From: an uncultured Candidatus Binatia bacterium
GTDB lineage: Bacteria > Desulfobacterota > Binatia > UBA9968 > CAXXLF01
Length of the DNA stretch: 64,000 nt
NCBI GenBank assembly: GCA_965218425.1
Contig: OZ244621.1
Span: 2,208,001-2,272,000, forward strand
Reading direction: 5' to 3'
Position 1 is the stretch's first letter. Each line of letters begins with the position of its first letter. Positions 20,786-31,332 of the stretch are shown in pieces. Both the position numbers and the translations under genes were made by a program. The notes beneath the pieces were generated by a model. It was not told where the DNA came from and ran no database searches. It saw only the letters and a list, made by a program, of their open reading frames with translations.

Positions 20786-21325
20786 TTGTCTAAAGACCTA
20801 AACAAGAACATTGCAATAACCGGTTTTATGGCCGTCGGGAAGAGCGTGGTGGGCCGGATGTTGGCCCAAAGGCTCAAGCGACCCTTTGTGGATCTGGATC
20901 ATGCCATCGAAGGTCGCGAGGGAAGCAAGGTGGCGGATATTTTCAAACTCAAGGGTGAGGCCTACTTTCGGAAACTCGAGAAAGAAACTCTTGAGGAGGT
21001 TTTGAACCAAGACGGACAGGTCATTGCTACCGGCGGGGGCGCCGTTACGGATAAGGAAAACCTCCAGTTGCTCAAAACAAAAAGCGTACTGGTTTGTTTA
21101 ACCGCCTCGCTTGAAAAATTGCGCCAGCGGTCAGGACGCGCGAATCATCGTCCTCTCTTGGAAGGAACCCATCGATTGCAGCGGATCAAAGAACTATTGC
21201 AACATCGGGAAGAGGCCTATCGCCAATCCCATGTCAGTATCGACACTGACCACCTCCCGGTGGCGAAGGTGGTGGATGAGATTATCAAGGCAGTAAAATT
21301 ATCAGTAACGAGTACTGAGGACTGA
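20786..21325 (+). CDS. aroK: Shikimate kinase
   Basis: GFMAVGKS, GEAYFR, ATGGG, RPLL; start codon uncertain (TTG 20786). Confidence 0.93.
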   Translation: MSKDLNKNIAITGFMAVGKSVVGRMLAQRLKRPFVDLDHAIEGREGSKVADIFKLKGEAYFRKLEKETLEEVLNQDGQVIATGGGAVTDKENLQLLKTKSVLVCLTASLEKLRQRSGRANHRPLLEGTHRLQRIKELLQHREEAYRQSHVSIDTDHLPVAKVVDEIIKAVKLSVTSTED

Positions 21326-21569
21326 GCCAGGCAGCAAGGCGCGTAGGGCAGAGCGCAAAGCATGGAAAGCAGGAGGTGGGGAACAGCAGGCAATCAGCAG
21401 ACAAGACGGTTATCAAGCGTTAGACAGAACCATTGTTAAGCGCTCGGACACGAAAAGAGAGGATCTGATTTTAACTTATCGCTCGACACTAATTCACTGA
21501 ACGCTGTGCACTTAGCGCCCTGTGCTATGCCACTAGAGATGAAAGCTGATGGCTGACAGCTAATAGCTT

Positions 21570-22646
21570 ATGCAAACTCTCACAGTCAACCTGGGTGACC
21601 GCTCCTATCCCATCTATTTAGGGAAGGGAATTCTTGCTCAAACCGGTGAGCTCATGAAGCGGGCCGGTTGTGGGGAAAAGGTTGGTATCGTGACGAATCC
21701 CACGGTGGGCAAACTCTATCTCGAACCCCTTCAGGAGGCCCTTTGCAACGCAGGGTACGCCGTGACTTCCGTTATGGTTCCTGATGGAGAAGAGCATAAG
21801 AGTTTGAATTCTCTCTCTGCCATCTATGACCAGCTGATCCATGGGAGGTTCGAGCGCAGTTCTTCCCTGATTGCATTGGGAGGTGGAGTAGTGGGTGATC
21901 TGGCGGGATTTGCCGCCGCCACATTTCTTAGGGGGATACCCTACGTTCAGATTCCAACCACTCTTTTGGCTCAAGTGGATGCCAGCGTAGGGGGGAAGAC
22001 CGCAATCAATCACCCCGAGGGAAAGAATCTCATTGGGGCCTTTTACCAACCCAAGCTGGTGGTGGCGGACATAAGTGTTTTACAGACGCTGCCAAAAAGG
22101 GAGCTGGCGGCGGGTTTGGCCGAGGTGATCAAGTACGGAATTATCCAGGACCCCGAGCTGTTTTCGCTCTTGGAAGGCCATGTTGAAGACTTGCTAGGTC
22201 TCGATGAGAAAATACTACACAAGGCTGTGGCCGCCTCTTGCGCCATCAAGGCCATGGTGGTGGAAAAGGATGAGCGTGAGGAGGATCTTCGCGCCATCCT
22301 CAATTTTGGCCATACCGTTGGCCATGCACTGGAGTCTCAAACAGGATACGAGAGACTCCTGCACGGCGAGGCGGTGGCCATTGGCATGGCAAAGGCCGCC
22401 ACCATTTCCGTCCGGGAAGGCTACTGCGATGATGCAAGCGTGACACGCATCCACCACCTGATCAAAAGGTCGGGGCTTCCTACGGAGCTACCCTCTGATA
22501 TCAGGCTTGAGGATCTCGTTAGGAGGATGGAAGTCGATAAGAAATCTGGGGCTGGAAAGATCAAGTTCGTTCTGTGTGGAGGTATAGGAAAGTTCCTTTT
22601 CCACCGGCTCTCGCCCGAGGAGATTAGAAACCGGCTGAGTCACTAA
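21570..22646 (+). CDS. aroB: 3-dehydroquinate synthase
   Basis: GGGVVGDLAGF, PTTLLAQVDASVGGKT, LNFGHTVGHA, HGEAV. Confidence 0.97.
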   Translation: MQTLTVNLGDRSYPIYLGKGILAQTGELMKRAGCGEKVGIVTNPTVGKLYLEPLQEALCNAGYAVTSVMVPDGEEHKSLNSLSAIYDQLIHGRFERSSSLIALGGGVVGDLAGFAAATFLRGIPYVQIPTTLLAQVDASVGGKTAINHPEGKNLIGAFYQPKLVVADISVLQTLPKRELAAGLAEVIKYGIIQDPELFSLLEGHVEDLLGLDEKILHKAVAASCAIKAMVVEKDEREEDLRAILNFGHTVGHALESQTGYERLLHGEAVAIGMAKAATISVREGYCDDASVTRIHHLIKRSGLPTELPSDIRLEDLVRRMEVDKKSGAGKIKFVLCGGIGKFLFHRLSPEEIRNRLSH

Positions 22647-22659
22647 CTTTTTCACGATC

Positions 22660-23184
22660 ATGAAGTCACGGTTTTCCAGCGCTTCAGATTTTGCAAACCT
22701 TGCTGAACGGCTACGACAGGAGGGACGGCTGCATGAGGCCCTTGCAGTGGTTGACCGGTGCCTTAAGGATAGTCCCGGCCACCCCCGTGGGCTTTTGCTC
22801 CAGAGCAGGATCCTTTACCTAGCCGGCATGTACGCCCGGAGCCTACGAGTCCTCAGCTCCTTGGAACGGATTATAGGCAGTGAAGAGGGGCTGAGGCGGA
22901 TTAAGAAAGGCCTGGAAGGTTTATGGCAGGAACCTAAACCGAAGATTGCTCCGGCATTTGTCACCGAGACCATGGCGGAGCTTCATATAAGGCAAGGCTA
23001 TCTTTGGGAAGCTATGGAGATCTATCGCCAACTCTATGTGGCTTCGCCACAAGGTGAACTGTGGCAGAAAATCCTTCAACTCAGATCCCGTTTAGAGCCT
23101 GGAGCTGAGGATACGGAGGAGGGCAAGGTGGATGAGCGTTTGGAAGCGCTGAATCGATGGATAGAAAACCAAAAAAGGGACTGA
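22660..23184 (+). CDS. Tetratricopeptide-repeat-like protein
   Basis: Helical repeats, TETMAELHIRQG motif; located between aroB and aroQ. Confidence 0.65.
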   Translation: MKSRFSSASDFANLAERLRQEGRLHEALAVVDRCLKDSPGHPRGLLLQSRILYLAGMYARSLRVLSSLERIIGSEEGLRRIKKGLEGLWQEPKPKIAPAFVTETMAELHIRQGYLWEAMEIYRQLYVASPQGELWQKILQLRSRLEPGAEDTEEGKVDERLEALNRWIENQKRD

Positions 23185-23187
23185 TAC

Positions 23188-23634
23188 ATGGCTGGCAGTA
23201 AAAAGAAAAAGGTCCTTGTACTACACGGACCCAATTTGAACTTGCTTGGTAAAAGGGAGCCGGAGATTTACGGTCCACTGACCTTGGATCAAGTCAACCG
23301 AAGGATCCAAAGCCTTGCGAAGGAACTAAACGTTCAGGTGCAAACCCGGCAGTCCAACTACGAAGGGGAGCTGGTCACCTGGATTCAGGAGTCTCCCAAA
23401 GAATACGACGCCCTAGTGATCAATGCCGCAGCGTATACTCACTCCGGCGTGGCATTGAGAGACGCATTACTGGCGGTGGAGATACCGGCCGTCGAAGTCC
23501 ACTTGTCTAATATTTACAAGCGGGAAGAGTTTCGTCGAAGGTCTTTGATCGCCGACGCGGTGGTTGGACAAATTAGCGGATTTGGAGTGCAAAGCTATCT
23601 TCTGGGACTTAGGGCTGCCGCAGAATCCATTTGA
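23188..23634 (+). CDS. aroQ: Type II 3-dehydroquinate dehydratase
   Basis: HGPNLNLLGKREPEIYG, INAAAYTH, EVHLSN. Confidence 0.97.
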   Translation: MAGSKKKKVLVLHGPNLNLLGKREPEIYGPLTLDQVNRRIQSLAKELNVQVQTRQSNYEGELVTWIQESPKEYDALVINAAAYTHSGVALRDALLAVEIPAVEVHLSNIYKREEFRRRSLIADAVVGQISGFGVQSYLLGLRAAAESI

Positions 23635-23687
23635 TCAGGAGAGATGGATCCCTCACCCAACTCAGTTTAGCAGGCCGCAGATTTACA

Positions 23688-24203
23688 TCATTCCAGGAAC
23701 GGTGAGGCCGTGTTGAAATTCTTACGTCTCATTTCCTGGATTAGTCTATCCCGTTTATTCTCCAAGGCCAGGATCTGCCCTCTCAACTGGCTAAGTTTTT
23801 TCTCTTTTGGGCTGTAGGGGGTTAGAGGGGTACGTACCCTTGAGGGGACGGCTGCCCTTTTCTCCGGAACTCCGCCCTCTGAAACTTCATTTGAGCCCTT
23901 GGGAGGGGTGTTCTCACTGGCCTCCCGTCTTGTGACCGTTGGCTGAATCCTATTAGAACCGTGGACCACCATCCCTTTTTCTTCATCGGCCCCAGGATCG
24001 ATGATGGCTTCGATCTGGTCTTTCGCGATACCGAATTTCCCGCCCGTACCACGAACCTTGATCATTTCGCCCACTTCCCGGTGGCTCTTTACAGTGAAGC
24101 GCCTACCGTTTTTCAAGACAATGGTGTAGTTGGCAAACAGGATGCCCGTCCAGCAAAATACCAGGGCAGGGCTGAGAGGAAGGGCTCTTTTGATTAAAAT
24201 CAT
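23688..24203 (-). CDS. Exported hypothetical protein (possibly internally deleted)
   Basis: Signal-peptide-like N-terminus, IVLKNGR motif, coiled-coil C-terminus. Confidence 0.5.
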   Translation of the reverse strand: MILIKRALPLSPALVFCWTGILFANYTIVLKNGRRFTVKSHREVGEMIKVRGTGGKFGIAKDQIEAIIDPGADEEKGMVVHGSNRIQPTVTRREASENTPPKGSNEVSEGGVPEKRAAVPSRVRTPLTPYSPKEKKLSQLRGQILALENKRDRLIQEMRRKNFNTASPFLE

Positions 24204-24594
24204 AACAATGTTCTATTACATCACTTCTTACGGAGGCAAATTGCGATTTTTGCTCACGAGTCATCAAACGTTTACTCCTCGTGGAATTCATGTTATTTTT
24301 TCAGCCGTTTGTATTGCTCCATGTAAGGGCTGATTTTTCGTGAAATTTATTATGAACCTGCGTGTCGAATAGGTTTCTTGCCCTTGTTTTATTTCTCATA
24401 GCGATCCTCTTGCATTCTGAAGAATCATGGGGGCCGAGCCAAAGGTGAGCATAACCTCCCCTAAGGATGGATCACAGATTAACCAAGACAAGCACATGGT
24501 TCTGGTCACGGGTAAGGTGTCAACCTGTGGAGGCTTCATTTTGATTTTTTATCCTTATCCGTATAATCATGATAATCAGCGTCTGTAGAATGTG

Positions 24595-25003
24595 TCGTTG
24601 TCCTGGGCGCCACCAATCGCCCCGATATGATCGATCCCGCGCTGCTCCGTCCAGGACGATTCGACGAGATCGTATACGTCCCGATTCCAGACCCCACGGC
24701 GAAGGTGGAAATATTTCGCTCTCATACCCGGGGGATGGCCCTCGACGCTGACGTCAACTTGGAAAAGCTGACTGAAATCACGGATCGGTTTGCGGCGCGG
24801 ACATTGCCGGTGTGTGCATGAAGGCAGGACTCTCCGCCCTGCGGGAAAATCCTGAGGCAAAGCGGGTGACCATGGAGCACTTCTTCCGTGCTATTAAAGA
24901 GGCCCTCCCGTCCGTGACCGAAGAGATGGAAAAGGAGTATGAAAAACTGGCCCGCAAAGTAAAGCGGGAATCCGTGAGTATCGGTTTCAAGCGGGGTGAA
25001 TAA
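24595..25003 (+). pseudogene. C-terminal fragment of a Cdc48/VCP-like AAA+ ATPase
   Basis: VVLGATNRPDMIDPALLRPGRFD second region of homology; frameshift near 24800; no Walker motifs upstream. Confidence 0.8.
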
Positions 25004-25078
25004 AGAGTCGGTGCCGACGCTTCTAAAATGATTTAACCAAAGCAGACCGGTGGAGAACGCCGCCCACGTTTCCTGGGG

Positions 25079-25867
25079 TTGAAAGAAACCGCGTTCCGGC
25101 AAAAGCGACGTGCCCGTTTTTTACAGGAACCGGCAGTGACATTTAGCGAAGGCGAAGCGCAAAAGTCCAGAGCCCTGGTTGTGATGGCGAAGTCTCCACG
25201 CGAAGGGGAAGTGAAGACGCGCCTGTGTCCTCCTTTGACTCTCGCTCAGGCATCAACTTTTCATGAATGCTTACTGATGGACACTGTGGCAAAAATGGAG
25301 CGGTGCCTCTCGGCCCGGCTCTGGATCGCCTTCGCCCCCGACGGGGATGAGTATTTTCGAAGCGCCTTTGGTGAAAGAGCAAAGTTGATGTCTCAGCGGG
25401 GAAGAGACCTCGGTGAAAGGATGCATCATATCTTTGTCGACCTCTCCCAATTAGGTTACCGGGAGATCGTTGTCTTGGGCAGCGACATTCCCACCATGCC
25501 GGTCTCGTCGGTGGAGCAGGCTTTTCATGTGCTCGGTAGCAACGTGAAGGACGTGGTCTTGGGGCCCGCCGGTGATGGAGGCTACTACCTGGTGGGTCTC
25601 AAGACCCCCGTGGAGGAGATCTTCCACGGGATCTCCTGGAGTAACCCGGTCGTTTTAAGGAGTACGGTGCAACGAATCTCTCATCTTGGACTTAAGCTGA
25701 CTTTGCTTCCCTTGGCCTACGATATTGATTTGGCGGAAGATCTCGAGAGGCTTTGGAGCGACTTTGCAAGGTCTCCAGCGTTATGTGAGGAAGTCCCGAA
25801 AACCTATGCGTTTCTAGTGGACTTCTTCGGGAGTAGGCCAAGGACTCCTCCGGCATTGGATGATTAG
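25079..25867 (+). CDS. DUF2064/TIGR04282 family glycosyltransferase-like protein
   Basis: MAKSPREGEVKTRL, QRGRDLGERM, GSDIP, LGPAGDGGYYLVG, DIDLAEDL. Confidence 0.85.
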   Translation: MKETAFRQKRRARFLQEPAVTFSEGEAQKSRALVVMAKSPREGEVKTRLCPPLTLAQASTFHECLLMDTVAKMERCLSARLWIAFAPDGDEYFRSAFGERAKLMSQRGRDLGERMHHIFVDLSQLGYREIVVLGSDIPTMPVSSVEQAFHVLGSNVKDVVLGPAGDGGYYLVGLKTPVEEIFHGISWSNPVVLRSTVQRISHLGLKLTLLPLAYDIDLAEDLERLWSDFARSPALCEEVPKTYAFLVDFFGSRPRTPPALDD

Positions 25868-25877
25868 GTTGAAAGTA

Positions 25878-26310
25878 TGCTCATGAGTAATTCTACCCAA
25901 AGCAACAATGTGGATCGGACCTCAAATAATACCGATCTTATTGCCTTGGTTCGTGACATCAGTGCGCGAAAGCGGGTAATGCGATCATCGCAAACCTCAA
26001 CCGTGAATCTCTGTTCTCCGCAGTAGCCCAGGCTCTGCGCGAAATCCTCAACTTTGACATGGCCGCCATTTGTCTTCTCGACCGGGAAAAGGATGTAGTT
26101 CGCTTGTTCGCTCTGGAATCGCCGGGCCTGGTCAATCATCTCTTCGACGTTGGGGCTGAGGTTGAGCTCAAGGAAAGCCACGTGGGTTGGGTCTTGGAAA
26201 ACCGCAAACCTCTCCTACGAGCTGATGAGGTGACGGGGAAGTCCTTGCGTGTCGCAAGGTATCGCGGCCATGGAAAAATGGACGCCTTTGAAATTTCCCG
26301 TGCCGCGTAA
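25878..26310 (+). pseudogene. PAS/GAF fragments of an FhlA-like regulator
   Basis: VRDISARKR (PAS end) joined out of frame to NAIIANLNRESLFSAVAQALRE...GWVLENRKPLL (GAF), then truncated. Confidence 0.55.
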
Positions 26311-26462
26311 CTACGAGTGTTGTAGCAGTGCTGTCAAGGGACTTCCTCAACTTGAACCTTGGAAAGTATTGGTTTCAGTCCTGCTCCCCTATCCCCCGCA
26401 TGGGTATTGACTGGAACTCACGGAGGAGTACAAAGGTTCTAGTGTGTGGGAGGATTTTGCCT

Positions 26463-27107
26463 GTGAAGTTTAAATTAAACTGTGGCGTGTCCTTATTGGT
26501 TCTTTTGTTATTGAGCAGTTGCGCTACGGTGCAAGTGTCGAAGAACGTGCACAGTGGTAGACGAGCCTTAAAGCAATATGAGCCCAGAGAAGCCTTGACC
26601 CACTTTGAGGCGGCGGCGCGCGTCGATCCTGACTATACGACCCGGTTTACTCTTTTGAATACAGGAATCTGGACCTATGTGGGTAGGGCCTATTACGAGA
26701 CTGGGGAGAAGGAAAAGGCGTTGGAAAGCCTGAAGCGGGCAAAGGAGAGTCCCGACAAAGACTATTTTGCGAGTATTTTTCTTGGCCTGGTTATGGCTCA
26801 GAACGGACGGAGGAAGGACGGAATTACGGAGCTTGAGTCTGGACTAAAGGGATTGGAGTATTGGCTCGACAACATCACCTGGCAAGGCGCCGATGGACAG
26901 TACTGGGATCCGGACGGACACCTGAAAAAAGGGATTGTTGAGATCCGGGGACTGTTACGGGAAGAAAATATCAACATATCAAAGGTCGATGAAAGTGTGC
27001 GATGGTTGGGGAGGGAATTCGAAGAGGAGATAGAGCAGGTTCGGGACGATAAACAGCTTGATCGGGAAGACGACGAGAGAGGACACGACGGTAGGATAAC
27101 AAAATAG
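26463..27107 (+). CDS. TPR-containing lipoprotein
   Basis: Lipobox LSSC, TPR-like IWTYVGRAYYETG...ALESLKRA; start uncertain. Confidence 0.7.
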   Translation: MKFKLNCGVSLLVLLLLSSCATVQVSKNVHSGRRALKQYEPREALTHFEAAARVDPDYTTRFTLLNTGIWTYVGRAYYETGEKEKALESLKRAKESPDKDYFASIFLGLVMAQNGRRKDGITELESGLKGLEYWLDNITWQGADGQYWDPDGHLKKGIVEIRGLLREENINISKVDESVRWLGREFEEEIEQVRDDKQLDREDDERGHDGRITK

Positions 27108-27317
27108 CCTCAGTCCACCGGCCATTTTCAACCCAACCATCATTTGTTGTATCCACCACGGAATTAGAGCACTCGGCGTTGCCGGCCCTTGATGACACTG
27201 AGGCTGTTCCGGGGGCTGTTGTTGGGGGTGTGTATGGGCTGTCAGGTGAGCCGTTGGCGCAATGGCCGTAGCGGGACCTTTTGTTTGGCAGGTTTTGCCG
27301 TGTTGAGTTAGGGGGCG

Positions 27318-27500
27318 GTGAAGCCGCAGGCCACCACGCAGGGACAGTTCAGGACGGAGTTGGTGGGGCATGGATTGTGGGAGCGGGTGTTGGGGGAGGT
27401 AAATAGGCAATTGGAGTTGAAGGGGGTGGTCATAACCGTAGGGCGGCGAAAAAAACCGGAAATGGCGGGGCCTGGCGGGAAGTGGTTTTATCCGGGTTGA
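27318..27500 (+). mobile_element. IS5-family transposase remnant
   Basis: FRTELVGHGLWERVLGEVNRQLELKGV resembles the IS5/DUF772 region; heavily decayed. Confidence 0.45.
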
Positions 27501-27730
27501 AGTGGGTTGATGCGGGTTGAAGCTATTGTTTTTCCTGTTCCGGTTTTTTTCGCCGCCCTACAGCAGATCAATATCATGGAGGCCACGCCGGAGGAGGCGG
27601 CCCAATGAGGTTCGTTAAAGTTTTGCCGAAGTCGTAATCGGCCTCCTTGACATCGCGGTCGATCCGACATATTTTAATGCCGTTTTTCGCTCGAGACGTT
27701 CCCATAGACCGTCTTGGGAAAGGGGCGCTG

Positions 27731-28161
27731 ATGGATGTGACCAAGCGGATCATCGGTATATCTCTCATCGCCGTTGGGGTTGTGGTGGCGGTCCACATGA
27801 TCGTCGAGCCGCTGTATCACGTTTCCAGCGAAGCCAACCCATACAGCCCGGTTTGGAGCGTCATTGACTACTTCATGGCACTGGCGGTCGTGCTGGGCGC
27901 GATATTCAGCTGCATCCGCAAATAAGCGTCGGCCGCGACGGCGGCGCGCCGGTCACCCGCGAGTTCCTGGCGGCCAACACGCTGTTCTACGGTTTCCTGT
28001 TCGTGGGCATCCTGTTCTTCTGGAACTGGTTCAACCTCCTGAGTCCCGCTTTTACCGCAGTGGGGCCGGACGCCGTCTCCCTCGTGTGGGGGTTCATAGA
28101 CGCCGCGCTCCCGCTGCTCTTGGGCGCCATGGGCCTATCCCTGCTGAGGGGCGACAGCTAA
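27731..28161 (+). pseudogene. Four-TM membrane protein, interrupted
   Basis: Two TM helices up to TAA at 27925; a second frame continues VTREFLAANTLFYGFLFVGILFFWNWF...LLRGDS*. Confidence 0.6.
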
Positions 28162-28501
28162 GCCGGCGTTTCCTCGCTATCTGCCTGGCCGGTCAACGAT
28201 CGGCCGAGAATTCATGGGCCGGTCACTTATCTCGAATCAGATGGGACCTCTTCTGCTAAGCCTCGAGGTCTTACTCAAGATTCCGGACGACACCCTCGAC
28301 GAGACCGGAAATCGCATTTACCTGAACGACGGTGCGAAGGCTGAAGTTATCGCGAGGAGTGTCTATGCGCTGTTGAAGCCGGTCGCGGAAATCGCGTTCG
28401 AAGCGCAACCGTCACTCCGATCTTGCGATAAATCGCGTTAACCATTATTCTGTTATTGCGTGCGTCTCGGGAAGTATCTTTAAATAACGGGAGGAATAGC
28501 C

Positions 28502-29929
28502 ATGAGTAACCGAACCTGTTTTTACATCAACGGCAAATGGGTCGAACCGTCGACAAGCAAGACTTTGGACGTCATCAATCCCGCTACGGAGAAATCCATC
28601 GGCCCCGTCGCCATGGGCGGCAAGGAAGACGTGGACAAGGCCGTCGCTGCGGCGGCAGCCGCCTTCGACTCCTATTCGCAGACGTCGCGCGAAGAACGAG
28701 TCGAGCTGCTGGAAAAGGTCGTTGACCGGTTCAAGGCTCGGATCGGCGACGTCGCCGCGACGATCAGCGAAGAGATGGGCGCCCCGGCAAGTCTCGCCCA
28801 CGCGGCGCAGGCCCCCATGGGATTGGGTCACTTTGTGACGATGCTCGACGTCCTGCGCGAGTTCGAATTCGAAGAAGACCTCGGCTCTTCTCACGTCATA
28901 CGCGAGCCGATAGGCGTATGTGGATTCATCACTCCATGGAATTGGCCGCTCAATCAGATCGGGTGCAAAGTGGCGCCGGCGTTGGCGGCGGGCTGCACCA
29001 TGGTGCTGAAGCCGTCGGAATTCGCTCCGTTCAATGCCATTGTGTTTGCCGAGATCCTCGATGCCGCCGGCGTGCCCCCGGGCGTGTTCAATCTCGTCAA
29101 CGGCGACGGTCCGACGGTGGGAGTTCTTCTCTCCTCTCACCCCGACATCGATATGGTCTCGTTTACCGGCTCGACGCGGGCGGGCATCGAGGTGGCTCGA
29201 AATGCCGCGCCCACGATCAAGCGGGTGGCGCAAGAGCTGGGCGGCAAGTCCGCCAATATCATCCTCGACGACGCCGATTTCCAGAAAGCCATCGCCCGCG
29301 ACGTCTCCAGCATGTGCATGAACTCGGGGCAATCCTGCATCGCGCCGTCCCGAATGCTGGTGCCGAAGTCACGCATGGACGAGGCGGCGGCCATCGCCAA
29401 GGCGGCCGCTGAAAAGGTGAAGGTGGGCGACCCCAACGCCGCCGATACCACCATCGGTCCGGTGGTCTCGGAGCTGCAGTTCAACCGGATTCAAAGTCTG
29501 ATCCGGGCCGGTATCGAAGAAGGAGCGAAGCTGGAGACCGGTGGGGCCGGCCGTCCGGACGGCTTGAACGTCGGCTACTACGTGAAACCGACGGTTTTCT
29601 CGCACGTATCGAACGACATGTCGATTGCCCGGCAGGAAATCTTCGGTCCGGTGCTGTCTCTGATCGGCTATGCGGATGAGGACGAGGCCGTGAAAATCGC
29701 CAACGACACGGTCTATGGGTTGTCCGGCTATATATCCACGGGCGATCCCGAACGCGCCCGGGCTGTCGCGCGCCGGATCCGGAGCGGAAACGTTTACATC
29801 AACGGAGCCCCCCTGGAAAGCAAGGCGCCGTTCGGCGGATACAAGCAGTCCGGGAACGGCCGGGAGTGGGGGCAATACGGCCTCGAGGAATTTCTCGAAG
29901 TCAAAGCGATCATGGGCTTCAACGGCTAG
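28502..29929 (+). CDS. NAD(P)-dependent aldehyde dehydrogenase
   Basis: ITPWNWP, FTGS, ELGGKS, SGQSC (catalytic Cys), EIFGPV, PFGGYKQSG. Confidence 0.95.
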   Translation: MSNRTCFYINGKWVEPSTSKTLDVINPATEKSIGPVAMGGKEDVDKAVAAAAAAFDSYSQTSREERVELLEKVVDRFKARIGDVAATISEEMGAPASLAHAAQAPMGLGHFVTMLDVLREFEFEEDLGSSHVIREPIGVCGFITPWNWPLNQIGCKVAPALAAGCTMVLKPSEFAPFNAIVFAEILDAAGVPPGVFNLVNGDGPTVGVLLSSHPDIDMVSFTGSTRAGIEVARNAAPTIKRVAQELGGKSANIILDDADFQKAIARDVSSMCMNSGQSCIAPSRMLVPKSRMDEAAAIAKAAAEKVKVGDPNAADTTIGPVVSELQFNRIQSLIRAGIEEGAKLETGGAGRPDGLNVGYYVKPTVFSHVSNDMSIARQEIFGPVLSLIGYADEDEAVKIANDTVYGLSGYISTGDPERARAVARRIRSGNVYINGAPLESKAPFGGYKQSGNGREWGQYGLEEFLEVKAIMGFNG

Positions 29930-29950
29930 CGGATCGCCGGAGAGAAAGGA

Positions 29951-30283
29951 ATGGAGCTCGTCGAAGAACGGCAAGGGGATGTCTGCCTCCTCCGCGTCAT
30001 CGGAAGAGCGGAGGGTCCCGCGTCGAAGGACCTGGAGGAAAAGATCCTATCGCTCATTGCGGCGGGCCGGGAAAAGCTGGTGATCGACTTGTCCCGGCTC
30101 GACTACGTCGGCAGCATGGGCCTGCGCGCATTCCTCCTGGCCTCCAGGCGCGTGGACGAGGCGAAAGGCAAGTTGGTGCTTTGCTCCCTCCAGGACGCGG
30201 TCAGGCAGATATTCGATCTCGCGGGTTTCTCTTCTTACCTTACCATTGCGGGCTCCACGGAAGAAGCCGTCAAGATGATATAA
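29951..30283 (+). CDS. STAS-domain anti-anti-sigma factor
   Basis: LVIDLSRLDYVGSMGLR, VRQIFDLAGF. Confidence 0.85.
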   Translation: MELVEERQGDVCLLRVIGRAEGPASKDLEEKILSLIAAGREKLVIDLSRLDYVGSMGLRAFLLASRRVDEAKGKLVLCSLQDAVRQIFDLAGFSSYLTIAGSTEEAVKMI

Positions 30284-30409
30284 CCGCGGTAACTTCAGAC
30301 TCTTGCTTCCGGCGTGACTTTGTGCGCGATCGTCCGACCCGGCTATTGACACGCCGGCAACGTGTTGGGTAGACTCAACGGCTGCTGAGGTAGGAAGGAA
30401 GAAGGTACA

Positions 30410-30673
30410 ATGACGGAACGCAAGAAAACAGTGAAAGACCTGCGAGGCCAATCTGTGAGTGGCGTCGTTGTCGGCATAGCCGAATCTGTCGAGCGGTTCA
30501 GTGTGATAACTCTTGAGGACGGAACGATCCTGAAGACCAAGCTGACCGCGATTGAGGCCATCCGCCTAGACGGCCAGTGGGACAGTGACGGCAACCCGGT
30601 ATATAACCTCAGGAGTCAGAACATCGTGGTTATCGATGAATCGCCGGAGAAACTCAAAAAGAAGGTCCCGTAA
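30410..30673 (+). CDS. Small conserved hypothetical protein
   Basis: RBS present; LEDGTILK, DSDGNPVY motifs; first gene of a tight three-gene run. Confidence 0.7.
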   Translation: MTERKKTVKDLRGQSVSGVVVGIAESVERFSVITLEDGTILKTKLTAIEAIRLDGQWDSDGNPVYNLRSQNIVVIDESPEKLKKKVP

Positions 30674-30684
30674 AGTCGGGTAAA

Positions 30685-31332
30685 ATGGAAGCCGAGTTTC
30701 CGGTGGAAGCCGAGTTTGACGCCTACGTTGACGACCTCTCGTCGATGTCCGAAGCCTTTCCCGATATCCGTGTGGGATATGAAGCCAGGGGACAGTCCTG
30801 GGGGAAAGAAATGAGTTACCTTACGGAGGTCGGCAGGCGCCATAATATTAATACAAGCCAACAACAGCATGCCGTCGTAAAGGATGACACGTCGTTCGTG
30901 CTGCTGGTGAAGCAATGGCACGCGGAGGGAGGGGTCCCGTCGTCACTTTCAGACATGATCCTGTGTCCTTCGTACCCCGGGAAGATCGTCAAGTGCCATA
31001 CGATAAGTACGAACCAACAGCAACGTGCCGTCGTGAAGGATGACAATTCGTTCGTGCGACTGGTGGAGCAATGGCGCGTGGAGAGAGGGGCCAAGTCGTC
31101 ACTTTCAGACATGATTCTGTGTCCTTCGTACCTCCGGATTATCGGGATGGGCGAAGAAGCGCTTCCGCTGGTGCTGAGGCAGCTCAAAAGCGAGGGCGAC
31201 GATCCCGACCATTGGTTTACCGCTCTCGAGGCCATAACGGGCCAGGACCCGGTTCCGAAAGACGCTTATGGAGACACGGTAAAAATGGCTGAGGCGTGGC
31301 TTCTGTGGGCGAAAGAGAATAATGTCCGGTAG
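30685..31332 (+). CDS. Hypothetical protein with internal 52-aa duplication and a helical C-terminal domain
   Basis: Duplicated ..QQQxAVVKDDxSFV..SSLSDMILCPSY; C-terminal IIGMGEEALPL..HWFTALEAITG..AWLLW. Confidence 0.7.
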   Translation: MEAEFPVEAEFDAYVDDLSSMSEAFPDIRVGYEARGQSWGKEMSYLTEVGRRHNINTSQQQHAVVKDDTSFVLLVKQWHAEGGVPSSLSDMILCPSYPGKIVKCHTISTNQQQRAVVKDDNSFVRLVEQWRVERGAKSSLSDMILCPSYLRIIGMGEEALPLVLRQLKSEGDDPDHWFTALEAITGQDPVPKDAYGDTVKMAEAWLLWAKENNVR

